Positions 19,176 through 29,491 of a DNA stretch of 64,000 nt are shown here, one piece after another. Each line of letters starts with the position of its first letter. Positions within the stretch are counted from its first letter, which is position 1. The notes below the pieces were generated by a model. The model did not search any database. It was not told the DNA's origin and saw nothing but the letters and a program-made list of their open reading frames with translations. The position numbers and the translations under genes are program-made. The stretch is from Candidatus Ozemobacteraceae bacterium (GTDB lineage: Bacteria; Muiribacteriota; Ozemobacteria; Ozemobacterales; Ozemobacteraceae), in NCBI GenBank assembly GCA_965140445.1, contig OZ223236.1:2912001-2976000 (forward strand), given 5' to 3'.

Positions 19176-20824
19176 TATTCTAACGAGACTTCCTTTAATT
19201 TGGTGTTAATCATACGTGGCGCTGGTCTGGTTTTTATAACCTTTTCAGCTTTAATTTTATTTAAAAGCGCATCTCTAACCTTTAAATCTGTTTTGCTTCT
19301 GTTTTTAAATGGTTTTAGATATGTATAACCGTCACCGCCGTTAGCAAGAAAATCATTTAAAGCAACTTTATAAACTTTATTTACATCTAAAGTTTGACCA
19401 TCAAGAAATTCTAATTTCTCAATTCTCTTCATTGGTTCGTTTTCTGGATTAAAAGTAATTTTCAAGTTTGACGGAAGAAGGTAGCCATAGTTATACCCGA
19501 CGAGTCTGCGAAGACCTTCTGCTTTGGTATTGAAGTGATCTATAGCATATTGTTTGTCTTCATCATTCATTGGCTCAAACGGATTCGATAATGATCTTTC
19601 GATAAGATCCAAAAGCTCGGTTCCAGTCATGTTTAATATTTCAACTGTATTGTCAAAGGGTTGAACTTTAAAAACGCTTTCTACAGTAATATCACCTTTA
19701 AACAAAGGCTGTCTTACTCCACCAAAGTTTATGAAAGCAACGTCAGCTTTTGTGCCTTCACGCATCGCATCTGCTATGGTTGATCCCAGGGTGGATTCTC
19801 CACCGTTTATTCCTCTGAACAAGTTTACTTCGGATTTGCCTATTACCTGTTCCATTTCTTTTCGGATTTCTGAAAGATATGAATCCTCAACCTTTAAAAC
19901 TTCCTTATCCTGTCCAAAGTCACTCAAATATAGAGATTTTGAATCTAAAGAAAGCTTGGGCTCCGCATCTTTTGCAACTTCCAGAGTAATAACGGAGGCA
20001 TATTCACAGTGGTAACCAGAATGAACTATGGCAGTATTCCAGGGACCTTCGTAAACAATCTCCTTTTTTAAGGAATGTGAATGGCCGCCCAGAATAAGGT
20101 TTATTCCTTCAACTGAATTTGCAAATTTAATGTCGTTATCGTAGCCGAGGTGAGATAAAAGAACGATGTAATCTATTCCTGCAGCTTTCATTTGCTTTAC
20201 AATTTTTTTAACAATTGGAATCGGGTTTTTGAATTCAACTTCTCTGACATTCTTTTCAATGGACATCATTGCTGTTTCAGGGGTGTCGATCCCTATTATT
20301 CCAATTTTTATACCATTGTGTGAAAATACTTTATATGGCTTTGTAAAATCAGGGATTTTGCCAGTCTTCTTTTCATACACATTGGAGCAAAGAATATCAA
20401 ATTCAGCATTTTTAAACTGATTTTTGAGATTGTTAAATGAATAATCAAATTCGTGATTTCCAAGGGTTACAGCATCTGTTTCCATGAGGTTGAGCATTTT
20501 TATCATGACTTCACCTCTGGTTCTGTCAACTACTGGTGTACCCTGAAAAAAGTCGCCACTGTCAAAATACAAAACTCTGGCTTCAGGATTATTCTTTATA
20601 ATATTACTCTTTAGCTGCTTCAAGATTGCATAACCACCAATTAAAGGTTTTGGGTCTTCCTTTGAAATCGGGTCTGGATGTGCGGAAATGTTTCCATGAA
20701 CATCACTGGTATGCAAAATCACAAATTTAGCTTGTGAAGCTCCTACAGAGGATACTGCTAATAATAAAATCAGTAGGGTGTAAAAAATTGGGTGGCAAAA
20801 TGGGTTTCTTCTATTCCAATCCAT
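19175..20824 (-). CDS. Secreted metallophosphatase/5'-nucleotidase
   Basis: HTSDVHG, DSGDFFQG, LGNHEFD, LSHLG, GGHSH, GGDGY. Confidence 0.92.
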   Translation of the reverse strand: MDWNRRNPFCHPIFYTLLILLLAVSSVGASQAKFVILHTSDVHGNISAHPDPISKEDPKPLIGGYAILKQLKSNIIKNNPEARVLYFDSGDFFQGTPVVDRTRGEVMIKMLNLMETDAVTLGNHEFDYSFNNLKNQFKNAEFDILCSNVYEKKTGKIPDFTKPYKVFSHNGIKIGIIGIDTPETAMMSIEKNVREVEFKNPIPIVKKIVKQMKAAGIDYIVLLSHLGYDNDIKFANSVEGINLILGGHSHSLKKEIVYEGPWNTAIVHSGYHCEYASVITLEVAKDAEPKLSLDSKSLYLSDFGQDKEVLKVEDSYLSEIRKEMEQVIGKSEVNLFRGINGGESTLGSTIADAMREGTKADVAFINFGGVRQPLFKGDITVESVFKVQPFDNTVEILNMTGTELLDLIERSLSNPFEPMNDEDKQYAIDHFNTKAEGLRRLVGYNYGYLLPSNLKITFNPENEPMKRIEKLEFLDGQTLDVNKVYKVALNDFLANGGDGYTYLKPFKNRSKTDLKVRDALLNKIKAEKVIKTRPAPRMINTKLKEVSLE

Positions 20825-20856
20825 TGATATATATTCTCCTGGATATTTTTATCTAT

Positions 20857-21117
20857 TTATAGGGTCTGTTCGATTGTGTCTGCTTCAATGACCATTTCTA
20901 TATGGCTTTTGTTTAACGAAATAAAGCCTGCTTTATGGGTTCTGTTTATCCTTAAATCTGTTAAAACAGCATTGGTAATTGGTAGGAAATCCTTTGAAAT
21001 GTTTTCAGTATTCAGAATATCCGAAAGTCGACTGTTTTCGTAAAGGTGTATTTCACCCTGGATTTTATGGTGAGGAGTGTAAATAACCACTCTAATTTGA
21101 TCTTTTCTGGATTTCAT
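20857..21117 (-). CDS. Small conserved hypothetical protein (DUF6812-like)
   Basis: IQGEIHL...RLSDILN...FLPITNA pattern; AAGGAG RBS before ATG 21117. Confidence 0.6.
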   Translation of the reverse strand: MKSRKDQIRVVIYTPHHKIQGEIHLYENSRLSDILNTENISKDFLPITNAVLTDLRINRTHKAGFISLNKSHIEMVIEADTIEQTL

Positions 21118-21127
21118 TTTGATCTCC

Positions 21128-22513
21128 TTAAATTTCTGCAAACCTGCCTTCTGCTTCTGCTAGGACAATTCCATCAAGTGTCATAACAGAGCTTCTGGCA
21201 AAATGTAAGTGTTTTCTTTGTCCAACTCTTGTTGCTGCTATTTTTAGCGGAACTCCAACTGGGGCTGGACGTAAAAACCTTACTCTCAGTTCAGCTGTAA
21301 CAGCTAAAGTATCATTACCCATAACCGCATAGGCCATGGATTCATCAAGCAATGTGCTGAGAATTCCTCCGTGGACGATTCCGGCATAGCCTTGAAAAGC
21401 CGGGCCTGGAGTCCATGTGAATGTGCATGTATGGCCCTCAACACCTTCTTTAACCTGAAGATTGAGGCCTAAAGAATTCTTTGGTCCACAAACAAAACAA
21501 TGCTGGTTATCAATTAAATTTAAGCCCGTGGAATTTCTTTTCTCCACAAGCTTTTTTATATGATTCATTGCTTCGCTGATTTTGGGTCTATTTAGTGCTG
21601 AAGGAGTGGTCAGAGAGTAACGTTCAAATAAATGAACATTCTTTTTTTCAAGCCGGGCTTTCATGGTGTCAAAACTTGGAATATCAAAGTTTTCGTAGCA
21701 TGGGTCGCCTGTGATTATTGGTACAGAGCCAAGATCATTCAGGCCCGCTTCCACTAAGTCAGGGTATTTTGAAAACAAATATGGCGGAACCGAGAGATGA
21801 TGAACAGGGAAAACCTCTTTGGCAATGGTTACAGCTTTTTTTACTGCATCAAATGACAAAGGCGGTCTCTTTTCCATTGCACAGCCTCGTGTAGGCTGAA
21901 ACGGAACTATTCTAACATCTTGTAATTGTGGATCAGCAGTGCAGTAACGTCCAATTTCCTTAATGAACGCCTGTCGCTCATCAGCAGTTTCTCCAAGCCC
22001 TATAACAAATCTAACAGAATAGGGGATATGGGCAGAATGTAAGGCTTCTATGGAAGCTTTACCTGCACTGGGATTATGTGATCGAGCTTTTTCCAAAGCC
22101 ATGTCTTTGCCGGATAAAGAGCTGCAAACCAGGTCTAAACGAACAGAACAACCGGCTTCTGTAAGTCTTTGAGCTGAAAAAGAGTCAAGATACCCAACGG
22201 AAAGAACTGGAGAAAGCCCTTCTTCAAGAGCAAGTTCACATGCTTTTAGAAGAAACTCGGTATAAGATGAGAATCCATTTCGGTGAAGATCAATTTGAAT
22301 ATGGGGATATTCCTGTGGATTTTCGCCCGAAAGCAAAATGACTTCAGTTGCATGCCTTTTGGAAATTTCTGATAGTTTAACCTTTAAATCTTCTATTGAA
22401 ATGAGTGGCGAATCGTCCGTTTTATAGGAACAAAATCCGCAACTCAAGTGGCATGTTCTGGTCAACTCAACGTAAGAACTATATATATATGATATTGAAG
22501 CGCCTTTATTCAT
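21128..22513 (-). CDS. CofG-like radical SAM domain fused to PaaI-type hotdog thioesterase
   Basis: LTRTCHLSCGFC (CxxxCxxC), LLSGENP, ACELALEEGL, AGLNDLG; C-terminal CFVCGPKN...HGGILSTLLDE. Confidence 0.8.
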   Translation of the reverse strand: MNKGASISYIYSSYVELTRTCHLSCGFCSYKTDDSPLISIEDLKVKLSEISKRHATEVILLSGENPQEYPHIQIDLHRNGFSSYTEFLLKACELALEEGLSPVLSVGYLDSFSAQRLTEAGCSVRLDLVCSSLSGKDMALEKARSHNPSAGKASIEALHSAHIPYSVRFVIGLGETADERQAFIKEIGRYCTADPQLQDVRIVPFQPTRGCAMEKRPPLSFDAVKKAVTIAKEVFPVHHLSVPPYLFSKYPDLVEAGLNDLGSVPIITGDPCYENFDIPSFDTMKARLEKKNVHLFERYSLTTPSALNRPKISEAMNHIKKLVEKRNSTGLNLIDNQHCFVCGPKNSLGLNLQVKEGVEGHTCTFTWTPGPAFQGYAGIVHGGILSTLLDESMAYAVMGNDTLAVTAELRVRFLRPAPVGVPLKIAATRVGQRKHLHFARSSVMTLDGIVLAEAEGRFAEI

Positions 22514-22520
22514 GTATATT

Positions 22521-22548
22521 AGATTACCACAACCAAAAAAAAAATCAA
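22521..22548 (-). promoter_or_regulatory. sigma70 extended -10 promoter, probably leaderless
   Basis: Minus strand TTGATT-16 nt-TAATCT with TG extension, ATG 7 nt later. Confidence 0.5.
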
Positions 22549-22561
22549 TGAGACAAAAAAA

Positions 22562-23644
22562 ATGGAACCTTTAAAAGATAAAAGAGTCTATACTTTTGAA
22601 AAAAACATGAAAGGCAAATTGGGGATGCATACAAAAACTAGAATTTTAACAATTTTAGCCTCTGGAATTTTTCTTCTATTGTTTTCGTCTTTTCAGCCTG
22701 CAGCCTGCTATGGGTTCAATGTTCAGGCAACAGTAGACAAGGACGAAGTGGTTTTTGGCGATTCGGTTAATCTGACCGTGGTTTTTAGTTACGATTTAAA
22801 CAGCGGAGGAAGTAATCAGATTAGCGTTCCCAGAATCAACCAGATTCCCGGTTTTGATATAGCTGGAACAAGAACAGCTCAAAGTCAGCAATGGGTTAAC
22901 GGGGTGGGGGTCTTACAGTATCAGATGCTTTTTGAATTGGTTCCGCAAAAAGAAGGAGAGGCTTTAATTCCAGCTTTTGCTGTAACCGGCCCAGATGGAA
23001 AAACATACAGCACTAATGCAATCCCTATCAAAGTAGGCCCACCTGAAGCAGAACCAGCGGCGGTAGCAGCGGAAGACAGCAGACCAGAAGACCAGAGCTC
23101 CGGAATTTTTAAAGGTCTTCTCCTGTTCGGTGTTTTTATTGCAATGATTGTAGCGGTTCCGCTTTTAATTTCGGCTTTTATGAATCGTCGTGTAAAACCT
23201 TCCAGCCGATGGGCGGATGAGGAGTTAAATTCTTCTCTAAGCAAGCGGACTGAGGCAGCTTCCAGAAACAGGATTGAGGATGCTGATGTGATTGCAGATA
23301 AAAAGGAAGAAATTAAGGCAAAAAGAACTGAAAAAGTTGATTTTCATAAAGACTTGGAAAAGCTTTTAAAGGAATCCGCTGATAAGGACATAAAATTTTA
23401 TAAAAGCTTTTTTGACTTGTTCAGAGGAGCACTTGTAACTTCCAGCACAATTTATAGAGAAGAAATGACCCCTGATGAATTAATGAAAAAGACTGTTGAG
23501 GCAAACAGATCCACTCAGGTTGCAGAAGCTGTTTTAAGGTTGTCAGAGGATCTTGAAATGGTTTCCTTTGCCGGCGCGGTTCCAGAAAGAAGTTTCGGGG
23601 CGATTTTAGATGATGCGAAATCAATTTTAAGTAGCGTTGATTGA
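22562..23644 (+). CDS. BatD-like membrane-anchored protein (single BatD domain)
   Basis: VQATVDKDEVVFGDSVNLTV, LVPQKEGEALIPAF, TM helix; first gene of the Bat cluster; exact start uncertain. Confidence 0.7.
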   Translation: MEPLKDKRVYTFEKNMKGKLGMHTKTRILTILASGIFLLLFSSFQPAACYGFNVQATVDKDEVVFGDSVNLTVVFSYDLNSGGSNQISVPRINQIPGFDIAGTRTAQSQQWVNGVGVLQYQMLFELVPQKEGEALIPAFAVTGPDGKTYSTNAIPIKVGPPEAEPAAVAAEDSRPEDQSSGIFKGLLLFGVFIAMIVAVPLLISAFMNRRVKPSSRWADEELNSSLSKRTEAASRNRIEDADVIADKKEEIKAKRTEKVDFHKDLEKLLKESADKDIKFYKSFFDLFRGALVTSSTIYREEMTPDELMKKTVEANRSTQVAEAVLRLSEDLEMVSFAGAVPERSFGAILDDAKSILSSVD

Positions 23645-23660
23645 AATCAGGAGAAGAAAA

Positions 23661-24659
23661 ATGAATAACAATAATGAAGCCATAAAAGAAAGAATTAAAT
23701 CAGCGGGAGAAAAAATTGAAGAAATAAAAAAGGAAGTCAGAAAAGTCCTTGTTGGACAAAATGATTTGCTTGAAAGTCTAATTCTGGCTCTTATTTCTGA
23801 TGGTCACATATTGCTGGAAGGTGTACCAGGGCTGGCGAAAACCCTGGCTATCAAGGCACTGGCAAGAACTGTAAAAACAGGATTTTCCCGAATTCAGTTT
23901 ACTCCTGATTTATTACCAGCTGATTTGATCGGAACCAGAATTTTCAATCCGAAAAACTCTGAATTTCAGACCCATAAAGGCCCAATTTTTTCAAATTTCA
24001 TTCTTGCAGATGAAATAAATCGTGCCCCTGCCAAAGTGCAAAGTGCGTTGCTTGAATCAATGGAAGAACGTCAGGTCACAATTGAGCATGAAACTTTCAA
24101 ATTGCAGGAGCCTTTTCTTGTATTGGCCACCCAGAACCCGATTGAAACAGAAGGAACATACACCCTTTCTGAAGCACAGGTAGACCGATTCCTGCTTAAA
24201 GTTGTCGTGAATTATCCTGGATTTGAAGAAGAAAGAGCGATAATTGAAAGAATGGGGCTGGCGCAGAAAACCCACGGAGTTGAGATTGTAAATGAAGTCA
24301 TAGACGAAAAAGGCATAATTGAGTTACGCACATTAGCCAATGAAATCTATGTTGATGAAAAAGTGATTGAATACATTTTAAGGATTGTTGATGCAACCAG
24401 AAATCCTGAAAAATATGGTTTGGATCTTAAAAGCTATATTCGCTATGGAGCTTCTCCGCGTGCATCAATCTATCTTGCAAGAGCTGCCAGAAGCCGTGCG
24501 CTTATGTCCGGTAGATATTATGTGAAACCTGATGATATCAAGGCCATTCTGTTGGATATTCTTAGACACAGAGTAATTCCAACCTATGAAGCAGAAGCCG
24601 ATGATATTGATTCCACTGAACTTGTAAAAAGAATAATGGACGGAGTTCCCGTTCCTTGA
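23661..24659 (+). CDS. moxR: MoxR-family AAA+ ATPase
   Basis: LEGVPGLAKT, RIQFTPDLLPAD, ADEINRAPAKVQSALLE, ATQNPIE, GASPRA; ATG 23661 with AGGAG. Confidence 0.95.
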   Translation: MNNNNEAIKERIKSAGEKIEEIKKEVRKVLVGQNDLLESLILALISDGHILLEGVPGLAKTLAIKALARTVKTGFSRIQFTPDLLPADLIGTRIFNPKNSEFQTHKGPIFSNFILADEINRAPAKVQSALLESMEERQVTIEHETFKLQEPFLVLATQNPIETEGTYTLSEAQVDRFLLKVVVNYPGFEEERAIIERMGLAQKTHGVEIVNEVIDEKGIIELRTLANEIYVDEKVIEYILRIVDATRNPEKYGLDLKSYIRYGASPRASIYLARAARSRALMSGRYYVKPDDIKAILLDILRHRVIPTYEAEADDIDSTELVKRIMDGVPVP

Positions 24660-24667
24660 GGTAAATC

Positions 24668-25558
24668 ATGTTACCAAAAGAACTTTTAAGAGAAGTAAAA
24701 AAAATTGAAATAAGGACCAAACATCTGGTCAATTCAATTTACGCTGGTGGATATCGTTCTGTTTTTAAGGGCAGAGGGATTGAATTCGCTGGAATCCGTG
24801 AATATTACCGGGGTGATGAGTTTCGTTCAATTGATTGGAAAGTCACTGCCAGAAGTGGAGATTTTCACGTAAGAGAGCACATTGAAGAAAGGGAATTGCA
24901 GGTCATCGTGGCTCTGGATTTATCCGCTTCTATGGCCTTTGGTTCCGGGGCCAAGGAAAAAAGAGAAAGCGCGGTTGAGTTTGCGGCTGCTATGAGCATG
25001 GCTGCTGAAAGAAATAATGACCGAGTTGGAGTCTGCTTGTTCACCGATGAAGTTGAAAAGTTTGTCCAGCCAGCCAAGGGGAAAACTCATATTTTGCGAT
25101 TAATTCGCGATCTGCTTTATTTCATTCCCAAAAACAAAAAAACCAACTTAAAAGCTCCGCTGGACTTTATTAATAAGTATTTAACGCGCAGATCTGTTAT
25201 TTTCCTTGTCACTGATGCTATCAACCTTTCCAACTATGAGAAGGAGTTAAACATAACTTCCGCCCGTCATGATCTCATTATCACCATGATTAATGATAAA
25301 CGTGAAAAGGAGATTCCTGATCTTGGCCTTATTGAGGTTGAAGATCCTGAAACTGGCGAGGAATTTATTATGGATACCAGTGATAAAAAGGCGATGGAGC
25401 AGTTTATCAGCCTTAATGATTCGGTAAGCAATGAGTTTATTCAAAAATGTAGGAAAAGGGGAATCGACATTCTTCAGTTAACCGCAGGTGAGTCAGTAGT
25501 AAAGCCGATTTGTAGACTTTTCGCACAACGCGAGAAACGGCAATCCTCCGGTAAATAA
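24668..25558 (+). CDS. DUF58 domain protein
   Basis: FKGRGIEFAGIREY...IDWKVTAR, DLSASM. Confidence 0.9.
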   Translation: MLPKELLREVKKIEIRTKHLVNSIYAGGYRSVFKGRGIEFAGIREYYRGDEFRSIDWKVTARSGDFHVREHIEERELQVIVALDLSASMAFGSGAKEKRESAVEFAAAMSMAAERNNDRVGVCLFTDEVEKFVQPAKGKTHILRLIRDLLYFIPKNKKTNLKAPLDFINKYLTRRSVIFLVTDAINLSNYEKELNITSARHDLIITMINDKREKEIPDLGLIEVEDPETGEEFIMDTSDKKAMEQFISLNDSVSNEFIQKCRKRGIDILQLTAGESVVKPICRLFAQREKRQSSGK

Positions 25559-25572
25559 AGCAAGAGGTTAAT

Positions 25573-26883
25573 ATGAACAGTCTTAGAGTGATTTCAAGAA
25601 AAATAAATTTAATAATGGTGGTTGCGCTTTTTACGTTAGCCATTTCACTTGTTTTATCCTGGCATTATCATCAGAGTCGCAATTTGTCAGTCTATGAAGA
25701 AGAGACCTATGCTGCCGAGCTTCTTGCTAACGGCTTGCCTTCAAAGGCAGCTGAAATCATGCGTGAAGCAATAAGAAAAGAGCCTTTGTCCAAAAGAAGT
25801 ATTGGTCTAAGAAAAGCCCTGGCTGATATTTATATGACCGAAATGTTTGATTATGAAAAAGCTTTATCAGAGCTTGTTTTCATCCAGAAGTTTTCTCCCG
25901 GGGACAAAACTAAAGTTGAAAAGGATATCCAGATATGTCTGAAAAGACTGGACCGGGTTTATGATTTTGAACGAAGAAAGTTGATTGAAAAAGGTGTTAA
26001 CCCGGTTGAGAACGAAGTAGCATCCACTACTGTAATCAGAATTGGCAACAAACCTGCAATGAATTTAAGCGTTTTTAAAAAGCGCATGGAAGATTTGGGT
26101 GTTCCTGAAAATCGCATAAATAAACAGGTTTTGAGTGCGGTGGCACAAAATCTTGCTCAGGAATTGCTCATTACCAGAGCTTCTGAACGCGAAGGTTACA
26201 AAGAAAAAGAAGATTTTATCCAAAAACTTAAGCAATTTGAAAGAAATCTGGCAATACAGGAATATCTGGAGAAAAAGGTTTTTAACGGCATCAACGTTAG
26301 CCAGAATGATGTTCAGGCGTATTTAACCAATCACCCTGAAGAATTTAGTTCTCCCGATCGCATTCAATTCTCGCAATATGTTTTTGATAGTTCCGAAAAA
26401 GCAGAAGCTTTCGCCAAAAATGGCGATAATAAAATTACTTCTGAAACTGGCATGACTTTAGAAGTGGAGCCTGATGATGCAAGTTTGGTATCTCCTCAGG
26501 TTGTGCCTGATTCTATCCTGGTTAATCAGGAAACAAAAACCAGAGATCAGCTCCCCGAAATGCTCAAGGGGATTAATTTTGACCTGCTTCATGATAAAAA
26601 ATTCTTTGGCCCGGTAAAACTTGGAGACAAATGGAACTTGTTTGAGATCCATAAAGTCCTTAAAGGCAGAAAAATGGATGCTCAGCAGGCGTATTCAATT
26701 GCTTCGCAAAAGCTTATGGAAGCAAGAAAGCAGCAGGCTTTAAGTGATGCAATAGCAAACTTAAAGATTAAGGAAGGCCTGAAGATTAATCTGGATGTCC
26801 TGGAGGCTGCTTTCCTGAAAAAAGAACCTGAAAAAAAGGACGAAGCCCCAAAAGCTTCAGATAAGACCCCTTCAACAAAATAA
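25573..26883 (+). CDS. Membrane-anchored TPR plus SurA/PpiC-like foldase protein
   Basis: N-terminal TM, TPR-like helices, VSQNDVQAYLTNHPEEF...SSEKAEAF...GPVKLGDKWNLF parvulin-like pattern. Confidence 0.6.
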   Translation: MNSLRVISRKINLIMVVALFTLAISLVLSWHYHQSRNLSVYEEETYAAELLANGLPSKAAEIMREAIRKEPLSKRSIGLRKALADIYMTEMFDYEKALSELVFIQKFSPGDKTKVEKDIQICLKRLDRVYDFERRKLIEKGVNPVENEVASTTVIRIGNKPAMNLSVFKKRMEDLGVPENRINKQVLSAVAQNLAQELLITRASEREGYKEKEDFIQKLKQFERNLAIQEYLEKKVFNGINVSQNDVQAYLTNHPEEFSSPDRIQFSQYVFDSSEKAEAFAKNGDNKITSETGMTLEVEPDDASLVSPQVVPDSILVNQETKTRDQLPEMLKGINFDLLHDKKFFGPVKLGDKWNLFEIHKVLKGRKMDAQQAYSIASQKLMEARKQQALSDAIANLKIKEGLKINLDVLEAAFLKKEPEKKDEAPKASDKTPSTK

Positions 26884-26895
26884 GGAGTAATTCTC

Positions 26896-27447
26896 TTGTT
26901 AGCTATTGTTGCAACTACTACACTCCCAGCCCTGCCACCAGGGGAAGAGATTTATGGTCTGGCCGATCCGGTCAGCATTCCTTATCCCTATCTGGAGGTA
27001 GCTCTCAGAATTGGATTCTGGGTGGTTTTGGCAATAATTATCTGGAAACTGGGCGGATGGTTTTTCTCAGAGCGAAGAGAGCGCAAGAAACTTCCACCAC
27101 CTGATCCAATGAAAGTTGCTATCAGGGCAATCGACAGATTAAGGCAGTCACCAATAATTGAAGAAGGAAAGATGAAAGAGGTTTGCGAAAGATTAGCTTT
27201 GATTCTTAAAGTTTTTCTCAAGGACAAATTTAATCTTGGAATTGGCGCGGCTTCAACAACCAATGAACTGATAGAAAGTCTGCAAAGAAACAGGACTTCA
27301 AATTCCGCGGTGAGAAGAACCACTGAATTGTTTGAAATCTGCGATCAGATAAAGTTTGCTAAAGGTTCGCTTGGCGAGAATCAAAGCCTGTTGCAGTTAA
27401 TAGATAACTTCGAAGATTTATTACTTAGTGGAGATTGGAAAAAATGA
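26896..27447 (+). CDS. DUF4381-like Bat-associated membrane protein
   Basis: TM helix then TTNEL...CDQIKFAK; canonical position before batA. Confidence 0.65.
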   Translation: MLAIVATTTLPALPPGEEIYGLADPVSIPYPYLEVALRIGFWVVLAIIIWKLGGWFFSERRERKKLPPPDPMKVAIRAIDRLRQSPIIEEGKMKEVCERLALILKVFLKDKFNLGIGAASTTNELIESLQRNRTSNSAVRRTTELFEICDQIKFAKGSLGENQSLLQLIDNFEDLLLSGDWKK

Positions 27448-28457
27448 AATGGAATAGCCCTGAATTTGCACTTCTGTTCATTCTAATACCACTAATTGCA
27501 TGGTATAAGGTGTTCTTTGTTGCAAGAGTAAAAAAAGGTGGGATTAAATTTCCATTAAGTCACAATCTTTCTGGTTTAAGAAAGTCGTTAAAAGCCAAAT
27601 TGCTTTTTGTTCCAGATCTTTTGCGTCTGATGGTTCTTGTTCTGATAATTTTTGCTTTAATGCAGCCTCAGTATGGGCTCGAAAAAGAAAATATAACCCG
27701 CAAAGGCATAGATATTATGCTCGCAATAGATGTTTCGGGAAGTATGGCCGCGGAAGATTTCAAGCCAAACCGACTCAAAGCCGCTCAGGTAATCACCGAA
27801 AAATTCATTTCCGGCCTGAAAGATCACCGGATTGGTCTGGTTGTATTTGCTGGCCTTTCACTGACTCAATGCCCCCTTACCATGGATTACGGCGTGGTAA
27901 CTGAACTTTTGCGAAGAGCTTCATTGTCCATGATTAAGGCCGATGGAACAGCCATTGGAGATGCCATTATCAATGCGGTGTACAAGTTCAAAAAAGAGCC
28001 GGGGGACACCAGAGATCAGATTGTAATTCTAATGACGGACGGTGAAAATAACTCGGGCGCAGTTGATCCCCTTAACGCTGCTAAAATAGCGGCTGATAAA
28101 AAGATAAAAGTTTATACCATCGGAGTTGGTAGCATCGAAGGCGCACCAATTCCAGTTCAGGGCTATGGTGGCAAAAGATACGCCAGAAATCCGGATGGCT
28201 CGCTTTATATTCCCAAGCTTGATGAACAGCTTATGAAGGACATTGCTTTCATGACAGGTGGGCAGTATTTCCGTGCTACTGATAACGAGGCTCTGGAAAA
28301 GATATACAAAAAAATCGCTGGCATGGAAAAGGGCAAGATTGACGTAAACAAGACCGTCCAGTTCTCTGATAGATTTTACTGGTTTTTGGCTCCAGCATTA
28401 GCTTTGCTTGCCATCGAAATTTATTTGAGAAGCCGCTATTTTCAGAGGGTATTTTAA
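27444..28457 (+). CDS. batA: BatA-like VWA protein
   Basis: MIDAS DVSGS, QCPLT, GTAIGDA, LMTDGENN, YFRATD. Confidence 0.88.
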   Translation: MKWNSPEFALLFILIPLIAWYKVFFVARVKKGGIKFPLSHNLSGLRKSLKAKLLFVPDLLRLMVLVLIIFALMQPQYGLEKENITRKGIDIMLAIDVSGSMAAEDFKPNRLKAAQVITEKFISGLKDHRIGLVVFAGLSLTQCPLTMDYGVVTELLRRASLSMIKADGTAIGDAIINAVYKFKKEPGDTRDQIVILMTDGENNSGAVDPLNAAKIAADKKIKVYTIGVGSIEGAPIPVQGYGGKRYARNPDGSLYIPKLDEQLMKDIAFMTGGQYFRATDNEALEKIYKKIAGMEKGKIDVNKTVQFSDRFYWFLAPALALLAIEIYLRSRYFQRVF

Positions 28458-29491
28458 TGTTTAAACATCCTGAAAATTTAATAATATTTTTAATGGTTTT
28501 TGCTTGGGTTGCGCTGACATGGCGTGTGGCAAGCGCTTCTCTGAAAGCCAAAAGGGAAAAGTTCGCCAGTCTTGAGATGATGAAAAGAGTTGCCAACCAT
28601 AAACCTACTCGCAGGCCGGTTTTTAAGTGGGCAATGCTGGTTATGGCCATTTTGCTTATAGCGGTGGGTTTAATGCGCCCAACCGGCGGAATAACTGAAG
28701 AAGACGTTGTGGGAAAGGGACTGGACCTGGTTGTCGCTTTAGATGTTTCAAAATCCATGATGGCAATGGATATAGACGGAAACTCCCGACTTGAAGTGGC
28801 TAAAGCTCTCCTTGCTCGTCTTATGGGTGGTTTAACCAACGACAGGATTGGGCTGGTAGTTTTTGCAGGTGAAACCATGGTGCAATCCCCTCTGTCAAGA
28901 GATCGTAACGCTTTTTTGACATTTCTTGAAAGGGTGGACCCGGCATTGCTGAGTAAGCAGGGAACCAATCTTTCCGGGGCAATAGAAACTTCAATCGACA
29001 GGTTTGATTTTACTGCTTCCCAATCTCGTGCAATAGTTCTTTTGTCGGATGGAGAAGATAAGGACGAAGAAAAGCTTAACGCGGCATTAGATGAAGCTAA
29101 AAGCAAAAACATTCCCGTTTTTACAGTTGGAATCGGGAGTTTAAAAGGTGCTAATATTCCTGAAGCCAGGAATGTCTGGGGCGACATTATTTATAAACGC
29201 CACAAAGGCCAGCTGGTAAAAACAAAATTAGAAGATGGTGTATTAAGAAACATAGCCAAAAAAACCGGCGGGAAGTTTTTCAGGGCGACTGATATCAGTA
29301 GCGCAAGACAGGTTGCAGAAGGCTTGTCCGGTTTGAAAAGGGTTGCTATCATAAGTGGAAAGCGACAAGTTACCAGAGAGCTTTATTTCATTCCTGGTTT
29401 GCTTGCCTTTTTCCTGCTTCTTCTTGAATGGATGATATCTGAAAGAATCCCTTATGAAAGGGAAAAAGATCATTGGTTGAAAAGAATATGA
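28457..29491 (+). CDS. batB: BatB-like VWA protein
   Basis: DVSKSM, DRIGLVVFAG, QGTNL, LLSDGED. Confidence 0.88.
   Translation: MFKHPENLIIFLMVFAWVALTWRVASASLKAKREKFASLEMMKRVANHKPTRRPVFKWAMLVMAILLIAVGLMRPTGGITEEDVVGKGLDLVVALDVSKSMMAMDIDGNSRLEVAKALLARLMGGLTNDRIGLVVFAGETMVQSPLSRDRNAFLTFLERVDPALLSKQGTNLSGAIETSIDRFDFTASQSRAIVLLSDGEDKDEEKLNAALDEAKSKNIPVFTVGIGSLKGANIPEARNVWGDIIYKRHKGQLVKTKLEDGVLRNIAKKTGGKFFRATDISSARQVAEGLSGLKRVAIISGKRQVTRELYFIPGLLAFFLLLLEWMISERIPYEREKDHWLKRI

Noticed and set aside
21128..22513. Calling the gene cofG and inferring F420 synthesis
   Set aside because: Divergent sequence, fused thioesterase and no other cof genes in the window
28276..29187. 303-aa antisense ORF
   Set aside because: Shadow of batA/batB on the opposite strand with no recognisable motifs; the other short overlapping ORFs in the track were dismissed for the same reason
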